From: Candidatus Cloacimonadales bacterium
Lineage (GTDB): Bacteria > Cloacimonadota > Cloacimonadia > Cloacimonadales > JAFGVF01
Length of the DNA stretch: 32,000 bases
Direction: 5' to 3'
Assembly: GCA_963667035.1 (NCBI GenBank)
Contig: OY762964.1
Location: 2,786,097-2,818,096 of the forward strand
The notes beneath the pieces are model-generated. The model had not been told where the DNA came from. It was given only the letters and a program-made list of their open reading frames with translations, and made no database searches. This document shows positions 10,701 through 16,121 of this stretch, in pieces (the stretch's first letter is position 1; every line of letters begins with the position of its first letter). A program made the position numbers and the translations under genes.

Positions 10701-12374
10701 AGGATTTATAGCAATTCTATAACTATTTAGAGCTCCTGAGTAAGTGAGATTAGGAGAGTTTATGTCATAGATTGTTCCTGCAATGACTACTCTTATTGAG
10801 TTGATATCTATCTCTTCATCATCTGTTAATGAAAATGATACTGGCTGAGCAATATCTACATCACTAGCTCCATTTGATGGAGTTGGATTGCTAAAGTAGG
10901 GAATCCCTCCAAGTATTGTTGTGGCACTTCCAAAGTTATTATATCCTTGAGGTGCAGCAATAGTGATGTCCATCTTGTCATCATTATTAAAGTCATGAAC
11001 TACAAAATCAGAACCAAGCCTATCATCTACAGAGTTTCCAATTATCCTCATATCAGGATTACTATCTTCTATGTTAATGTTTATAGGAGGATTGTCTTGA
11101 CCATAAAGAATATCAACTTTACCACTTCCAATACCATTTATTGTTGTTGCCCCAGAAGTTCCGATTATTAAATCTTGAATTTGGTCTCCTGATAAGTCTT
11201 TAATTAACAAAGTACTTCCAAAATTATCATCAGTTTCTTCTGCCGTTATAACCATATTGGCATTATTCTGATTCAATTCAATACTTGAGGGTAGAGAGTT
11301 ACTACCAAACAACAGATAGATTCTACCCCGTTCCAGATCTGTAGAAAAATCCGTGATTACTAAATCATCGTTGTTATCATGGTTATAATCTCCACAAGCC
11401 ATTGAATTCCCAAAACGGGAATTCTGCTCTCGTGCCTTTATCGTTAGATTAACATAATTGGAATTACCAAGTGATATCTCTTGGTATGGCATACTGGTTC
11501 TACCATAAACAACATATATAGCACCACTATTATTGTATATACCATTATCATAACCCGGAGCAGATACTAAAAGATCATTAAATAAATCATTGTTTATATT
11601 ACCGCTAGAAAAAGAAAATGAGGAATTGTCATTAGAGTTTAAACCTAGAAATACAGTTATGTTATCCAACTCATTAATAGTACTTTGTTGAGGATAAGTG
11701 GAATTGCTCCACAGAATATAAGTCTTTCCGCAATTATTTGCTACATTACTATCAGCAGTCGGAGCACCAATAATTATTTCGGATTGTGAGTCATTATTTA
11801 TATCTGTTAGTATTAGACTTGAGCCAATTAAGTCATTTTGAGAAGAGCCGATAAAAGTTTGAGTTTCGTATTCAGCCAAATCAATAAGTGAAGGAAGTTG
11901 ATTACTTCCCTTTATAACATAGACTTTTCCAGTTTGGTCCAGTATATCAGTGCCTGCATAAGGTGCTCCAATAACCAGGTCTGAATATATATCCGAATCA
12001 ATGAGGCCGGAATCTATTGATTTTCCCAATTGATCGTTGTTTTCTGCTCCGACTATAGTTACATCTGCATTTGAGATTGATAGATTAATGTATTCGTAAT
12101 TAGGAATTGATTCATTACCAAAAAAAATGTAAACAGCACCGGCTGAATTCCTTCCTTGAAAATCAGAAAAAGGAGCAGAGCATATCAAGTCGCTTATTCC
12201 ATCACCATTAATATCACCACTACAAATATCGTAAGAAAAGAAATCAAAGGCTGTGTCTCCAGATACGCAATGGTTACCATTCCATTGTGATAAGTCATAA
12301 TTTACAAATGAATCCAAATCAAGTAAAGCTATGAATACGATAAATATAAGTGCGTAAACTTTTTTTGTGCTCAT
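7713..12374 (-). CDS. Large secreted surface protein: signal peptide, FG-GAP/integrin-alpha-like repeats, multiple Ig-like (Big_5-like) repeats, gliding/FlgD-like C-terminal domain
   Basis: 1553 aa. Multiple FG-GAP-type motifs (SGDINGDGISDLICSAPFSD, CGDYNHDNNDDLVIT, DLSGDQIQDLIIGTSG, DFNNDDKMDITIAAPQG). Repeats of ~95-105 aa of the type PP(Y/F)...P...V....ISF.I.D...GV....I.......I. C-terminus ITPNWDGYNDQARI...VFNRSGKKVKKL...WEGVNQSGKLVSPGIYLCQVKVNGKVHLNTITVAK. Confidence 0.85.
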   Translation of the reverse strand: MSTKKVYALIFIVFIALLDLDSFVNYDLSQWNGNHCVSGDTAFDFFSYDICSGDINGDGISDLICSAPFSDFQGRNSAGAVYIFFGNESIPNYEYINLSISNADVTIVGAENNDQLGKSIDSGLIDSDIYSDLVIGAPYAGTDILDQTGKVYVIKGSNQLPSLIDLAEYETQTFIGSSQNDLIGSSLILTDINNDSQSEIIIGAPTADSNVANNCGKTYILWSNSTYPQQSTINELDNITVFLGLNSNDNSSFSFSSGNINNDLFNDLLVSAPGYDNGIYNNSGAIYVVYGRTSMPYQEISLGNSNYVNLTIKAREQNSRFGNSMACGDYNHDNNDDLVITDFSTDLERGRIYLLFGSNSLPSSIELNQNNANMVITAEETDDNFGSTLLIKDLSGDQIQDLIIGTSGATTINGIGSGKVDILYGQDNPPININIEDSNPDMRIIGNSVDDRLGSDFVVHDFNNDDKMDITIAAPQGYNNFGSATTILGGIPYFSNPTPSNGASDVDIAQPVSFSLTDDEEIDINSIRVVIAGTIYDINSPNLTYSGALNSYRIAINPEEFFGYNQVIDVSVVANDNDGFTIPTTAYRFFTRQDTDPPYTSTWNPAPGDTDVSVDTNISFHILDLGEGVDLSTIKVNIDGNIYTQDDSEFSYYGTPNDYFIEINPSANFAYEQTVNVLISASDFAESPNAMSTFAYSFQCLEDISSPVILYIDPTYEEVIARNHPVTIEIVDYESGLNIDSLILELDNNSIINETEIIPIQSDKGIRLSWNPMPDNIFEIGEHLIHFYIEDRSALKNSIDTLSVFTVEADLEPPYTMNHHPEKFSMDNPENTSFSVDIIDTLSGIDLETVSIRINGVEIIGLNSTKVDEITNGYRISHTPENYYSNIVTVQINASDYNIPANVMNMEEYTFTCIQDLGTPYISSTSPADQELNVLPNTDITLSLKDELTGVNPKSVRLYINENDITEYIIVNETIEQVDVLYTSSVNFDFNQWVTVRVICEDLASVPNSMDTSYSFRVIPDIEPPFLSNLHPENNDIGVPATENVSFEIHDSGLGVDINSLVIHENNVEIIPVTEQIENESNYRITWNHEPYEYGETVTIVVSVSDLAPIPNSLSNYNFSFVVADDDMIPPYFESFNPAQQSIGIPIDTSISFRIMDTETGVNPNSILFNINNQQIEDYLIEEVIENEATGYSILYTPESKFNYNQTVNIQIYAIDNSSNHNEASINYHFTTINDIDPPYLVMSNPAEGEFGYPFSLIYLHFYDDLSGVNPNNISFNINSTPIFDFYTELSDNGCKIRYITDDLNGAETVEVSYSIADNIGNLLEDKYSFNLIEDEFEPYFILKYPESEIKINESLEIAILDKGTGIDSTSISLKINNRDINSFNLDNSTYNSNPDSLGYLLTYIIDNYYYEGQQLSIDIAAHDKSKPEPLGAEAQFSINIFKNTDIDRVTVIPDIITPNWDGYNDQARIIIPVDSQNDKVDCIVFNRSGKKVKKLSCSTYNYINPETNQTYNCKSAVWEGVNQSGKLVSPGIYLCQVKVNGKVHLNTITVAK

Positions 12375-12448
12375 GATAACTCCTTAAAAACGACTTTAAT
12401 AAGTCCTGGAATGCATAAAGTCAAACAAAAAAAATATTAATTTTTTAC

Positions 12449-12477
12449 TTGCCACATAAAAGAGAATTGAATTTAAT
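12449..12477 (+). promoter_or_regulatory. Candidate sigma70-like promoter of the motor/EPS operon
   Basis: TTGCCA (12449-12454), exact 17-bp spacer, TTTAAT (12472-12477), then RBS GGGAGG (12489-12494) and ATG at 12500. Confidence 0.55.
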
Positions 12478-12499
12478 CCAATTATCTTGGGAGGATTGG

Positions 12500-13879
12500 A
12501 TGATAAGGAAAACTGTTATTTACTTGTTGATTATCTCTGTGCTCTGTTGTGTCGTTGAGTTATATTCAGAAACAACAAGCTCTTTAGCAGAGTTAAAAGC
12601 TGAAACTGAACTTGCAAAACGCATTGAAGACCTAGTGAAACCATTTACTGAAAAAGTTATTGTTGGAGTTGATCTTGATTTAAGATATAATCTATTTGAG
12701 ACTAACACTTCAGATTTCAAGTTCGATCCCAATATGAGCCTACCCGGTTTACCGGTAGGTAAAACAGATAATAGAATAGTTGAGAATGATCTTGAAGATG
12801 TAGTACCAACTGAAATATTAAGAAAGAAAATTAGTATTAAAGTTCCATTAGATACTTCCAAAGAAGTAATCGAATTTCTCAATCAAGAAATACATAATAT
12901 TATTACAATAGATGAGAATAAAGGGGATATATTGCAGATAACCCCTGAATCTAATCTAACCAAGTATATCCGTTCAAAGAATAACAGGTTACAGACTTAC
13001 TTTTTTCTCACCTTAATTGCAGTTATGATTTTAATGCTGAATAATATACGTAGCGGTATGAGAATAATTGCCAAGTCAATGAGAAAAATCAAAATCACTA
13101 ACCTTGAAGTTCTAAATAAATCAAAAACACCGGAGATAATTAATAATAGTACTTCTGAACAAACTCATCCCAGAATTCCTCTTGAACCTATAAAAGTAAA
13201 AGTTCTTCAAGATGAAGAAGAAGATTTGATGCCAACGAGATTCGATTTCTTAGAAGATCTTTCGGATGCTAACTTGTTAGAAGTTTTAAGAGAAGAGAAT
13301 CCCGAGGATATAGCATTTATTGTTTCTCAAATCTCTCCAGAAAAAGCAGGAGCTGTTTTCCAGAATCTAAAAGAGAATAAAGAACAAGTAATAAATGCAA
13401 TGTTAGAAAATCAATCAAAGCTGAAGCTAGACCTTAAAATCCTAGTTGTTAATTTATATAATAAGTATCTGGAAATTATGGAGAAAGAAGCAATTCAGTT
13501 AGAGGGTGTAGGTCTACTCGCAAAAATAATAAACAGTTCGGATTATGAGAGTTCTAACATTCTATATGAATCCATAAATAATCTTGATAAAGATAAGGCT
13601 AAAGAGATTGCGAAAAAGATATTCTTATTGGATGATGTCTTATTGCTGTCTAATATTCAAATTGAACAGATTTCTCTTGAATTTACTCATCTAGAGTTAG
13701 TTAAATTCTTAGCCTGTGTGAATACAAGAATAAAGAACAAATTCTTCTCTCAACTTTCGGAAAGAGCAACAATGATTTTTAAAGAGGACATAGAATCTCT
13801 AGGTAAGCTTTCGGAAGGAGAAAAGAGAGTTATATTGAATCACTCATTGAGAAAAATTCGTAATATTCTAAATTTCTAA
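12500..13879 (+). CDS. FliF/FliG-like chimeric membrane protein (signal peptide, FliF RBM-like periplasmic domain, one TM, FliG middle and C-terminal-like domains)
   Basis: Start moved from 12449 to ATG 12500 (MIRKTVIYLLIISVLCC) with GGGAGG RBS. FliF-like AKRIEDLVKPFTEKVIVGVDLDLRY...RKKISIKVPLDTSKEVIEFLNQEIHNIITIDENKGDILQI. TM LQTYFFLTLIAVMILMLNNI. FliG-like NPEDIAFIVSQISPEKAGAVFQNL and GVGLLAKIINSSDYESSNILYESINNLDKDKAKEIAKKIFLLDDVLLLSNIQIEQI...KFFSQLSERATMIFKEDIESLG. Confidence 0.8.
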   Translation: MIRKTVIYLLIISVLCCVVELYSETTSSLAELKAETELAKRIEDLVKPFTEKVIVGVDLDLRYNLFETNTSDFKFDPNMSLPGLPVGKTDNRIVENDLEDVVPTEILRKKISIKVPLDTSKEVIEFLNQEIHNIITIDENKGDILQITPESNLTKYIRSKNNRLQTYFFLTLIAVMILMLNNIRSGMRIIAKSMRKIKITNLEVLNKSKTPEIINNSTSEQTHPRIPLEPIKVKVLQDEEEDLMPTRFDFLEDLSDANLLEVLREENPEDIAFIVSQISPEKAGAVFQNLKENKEQVINAMLENQSKLKLDLKILVVNLYNKYLEIMEKEAIQLEGVGLLAKIINSSDYESSNILYESINNLDKDKAKEIAKKIFLLDDVLLLSNIQIEQISLEFTHLELVKFLACVNTRIKNKFFSQLSERATMIFKEDIESLGKLSEGEKRVILNHSLRKIRNILNF

Positions 13880-13889
13880 AAGGTTTTTT

Positions 13890-14627
13890 ATGAAAATAAG
13901 TACACTATTAGGTATAGTTTTAAGTATAGTGATTATTGTTTTTGCCATTAATGCAAAAGGTAGTTTAGTAGAATACTTTGATCCAATAGCTTTGATGGTA
14001 ACATTAGGGGGAACTGTTTCAGCTCTTTTGGCAACTTACTCGTTTTCTAGCCTTAAAGATGCAATAGAATCGTTGAAAGTAGTTTATTTTACACCGCCCA
14101 TACCGCATGACGATATGGTCGAGATAATGATTGGAGTGAGTAAGGATTCTCGTTCATTAAGTTTTATGGAAATTCAAAGCTATGAAGAAGTGCAAAATAT
14201 CCCATTTCTTAAAACAACTATTACAATGTTAGCTGATAATCTTCCCAAAGACAAAATTACTGATTTTCTTGAGTCTGAAAGTAGATCAATACTTAGAAGA
14301 AGAATTCGTTCAGCTAAGATATTCGGAGTTGCTGGAAATCTGTCACCAATGTTTGGTATGATTGGTACAGTAATTGGACTAATAGCTATGCTTGGCAATA
14401 TGAGTGATCCTTCTGTTGTCCCTAGAGCTATGAGTCTTGCTCTCGTTACAACTCTATATGGATTAATTCTATCTGTGATAATTTTTAGACCAATAGCAGG
14501 TAAGATATCTTCAGGAGCAGAATATGACTATATCAACAGAGAAATCATTATTCAAGGTATCTCAGGAATTATTGAAAAACGCAACTCGGAGATAATTAAG
14601 ACTGAGTTGACTAAAATTTATGCATAA
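13890..14627 (+). CDS. motA: MotA/PomA-type stator protein
   Basis: 245 aa, four TM pattern, DPIALMVTLGGT, LSPMFGMIGTVIGLIAMLGNMSDPSVVPRAMSLALVTTLYG. Confidence 0.93.
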   Translation: MKISTLLGIVLSIVIIVFAINAKGSLVEYFDPIALMVTLGGTVSALLATYSFSSLKDAIESLKVVYFTPPIPHDDMVEIMIGVSKDSRSLSFMEIQSYEEVQNIPFLKTTITMLADNLPKDKITDFLESESRSILRRRIRSAKIFGVAGNLSPMFGMIGTVIGLIAMLGNMSDPSVVPRAMSLALVTTLYGLILSVIIFRPIAGKISSGAEYDYINREIIIQGISGIIEKRNSEIIKTELTKIYA

Positions 14628-15276
14628 TAAAGACAACAATAAAGTTAATCAAGTTTTGTCTGATATCGAGGATAGCCTCATAAATACTCCAGACAATGAT
14701 TTCTCAGGATTTTATTCAGCTTTAGTTCCTTATGCTGATATGATGACTTTACTACTCATTTTCTTCGTTTTCTATTTTGTCATAGGAGATACAGAAACAG
14801 GGTGGAAGGCTATTGCCGAGATACAAAAGAAGAAACTTAATAACAATATCCAATCAGAATCCATAGCAGAAACTGAGATGTATGAAGGTGATATTAGCGA
14901 AAAGGTAATATCAATACCGGGGAATATCCTCTTTGAATCTGGTGAGGCAAACCTTAGATGGTTGTCTCAAGATACACTTATTAAAATTGCTATGGATATA
15001 AAGAAGATCGTTAAAGACGATGATAGCTGGCAAATTCGTATAGAAGGACACACAGACAATGTTCCTATTGCCAATAATAAATATGCTTCAAACTGGGAGC
15101 TTTCTACAGCAAGAGCTTTGAGCATTGTGAAGTTTTTTATTAGAAATGGCTACTTTACTGCAGATCAACTACAGATTATGGGGTATGGAGAATTCAAACC
15201 TCTAGTACCAAATGATACAGAAGAGAATCGAAATAGAAACAGACGCGTTGAGATTAAAATCAGTCAGAAAAGATAG
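14620..15276 (+). CDS. motB: MotB/PomB-type stator protein with OmpA-like peptidoglycan-binding domain
   Basis: 218 aa. Single TM with conserved Asp (YADMMTLLLIFFVFYF). OmpA domain IEGHTDNVPI...NWELSTARALSIVKFFI...GYGEFKPLVPNDTEENRNRNRRVEIKI. Start overlaps motA by 8 nt. Confidence 0.93.
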   Translation: MHNKDNNKVNQVLSDIEDSLINTPDNDFSGFYSALVPYADMMTLLLIFFVFYFVIGDTETGWKAIAEIQKKKLNNNIQSESIAETEMYEGDISEKVISIPGNILFESGEANLRWLSQDTLIKIAMDIKKIVKDDDSWQIRIEGHTDNVPIANNKYASNWELSTARALSIVKFFIRNGYFTADQLQIMGYGEFKPLVPNDTEENRNRNRRVEIKISQKR

Positions 15277-15284
15277 GAGGGATA

Positions 15285-16121
15285 TTGATAGATTATTATA
15301 GTTTTTGGGATATCAAAGAACCACCTTTTGAAGATAACAATGATCCTAAGTTTTTCTATAAAAGTATAGATCATTATGAAGCACTTGAAAGACTGAAGTA
15401 TGTAATTAACTCAAGAAGCATGAACATTGGACTGCTTAGTGGAGAAATAGGAACCGGAAAAACCATTACAAAAATGGTTTTGATTTCTGAACTTAAGAAA
15501 CAAAACCCACATAATGTTATTGTAAACATTAACTCATCCTTGTTCACTTTTAATGAGATTATTACAGAAATACTCTCTCAAATCATGGATATAGATCCAA
15601 TAAATTTACCAACTAAGAGATACTATTTGTTTAAGAAACTTGAAAGATATATTGAAGACGAGTTATTATACACTAAAGGATTAATTTACATATTTTTAGA
15701 TGAAGCTCAGAAGATTACTCCTAAAGACTTGGATTTACTAAAAGATTTAACTAACATTAACTATAATTATTTCTGTCCTGTAAAGCTAATGCTTATTGGA
15801 CAACCGGCTATATTGAGAAATGTGAAAAAACTTCCACAAGTTGATCAAAGAATTGGTATAAGATTTCATCTAAACAATATGAATGAGGAAGATACTAATG
15901 CATATATTGATTACAGGCTTAAAGTATCCGGATCTCAAAAAAAGATTTTTAGTGATAGTGCCCTATCTTTAGTTTATAAAAAAACTTCAGGAATTCCAAG
16001 AGAAATTAACAGAGCATGCAAAATTGCAATGGATGTAGCCTCTGCTGAAAAAGAAAGCCTCATATCAGGAGAAGTTATGGAAATGGTTTTTAATGATTTA
16101 TCTTACCATGGAAGAGAATGA
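15285..16121 (+). CDS. ExeA/GspA-like AAA ATPase (type seen with XrtA/PEP-CTERM EPS loci)
   Basis: 278 aa with TTG start and AGGAGG RBS. N-terminal FWDIKEPPFEDNNDPKFFYKS, Walker A GEIGTGKT, Walker B YIFLDEAQ, C-terminal TSGIPREINRACKIAM. Confidence 0.85.
   Translation: MIDYYSFWDIKEPPFEDNNDPKFFYKSIDHYEALERLKYVINSRSMNIGLLSGEIGTGKTITKMVLISELKKQNPHNVIVNINSSLFTFNEIITEILSQIMDIDPINLPTKRYYLFKKLERYIEDELLYTKGLIYIFLDEAQKITPKDLDLLKDLTNINYNYFCPVKLMLIGQPAILRNVKKLPQVDQRIGIRFHLNNMNEEDTNAYIDYRLKVSGSQKKIFSDSALSLVYKKTSGIPREINRACKIAMDVASAEKESLISGEVMEMVFNDLSYHGRE

Noticed and set aside
12520-12882. 120-aa - strand ORF inside the FliF/FliG-like gene
   Set aside because: Antisense to a gene with clear signal peptide and FliF/FliG-like motifs; product is low-complexity Ser-rich with no domain.
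12500-15276. Interpretation as a fragment of an ordinary flagellar operon
   Set aside because: FliG-like domain is fused to a secreted/TM segment, no other flagellar genes are adjacent, and the operon runs directly into EPS genes. Whole-genome search is still needed to exclude it formally.
13890-15276. ExbB/ExbD or TolQ/TolR assignment
   Set aside because: Protein 1 has the MotA GGT and TTLYG motifs with four-TM layout; protein 2 has YADMMTLLL and a C-terminal OmpA peptidoglycan-binding domain, typical of MotB and not ExbD/TolR.
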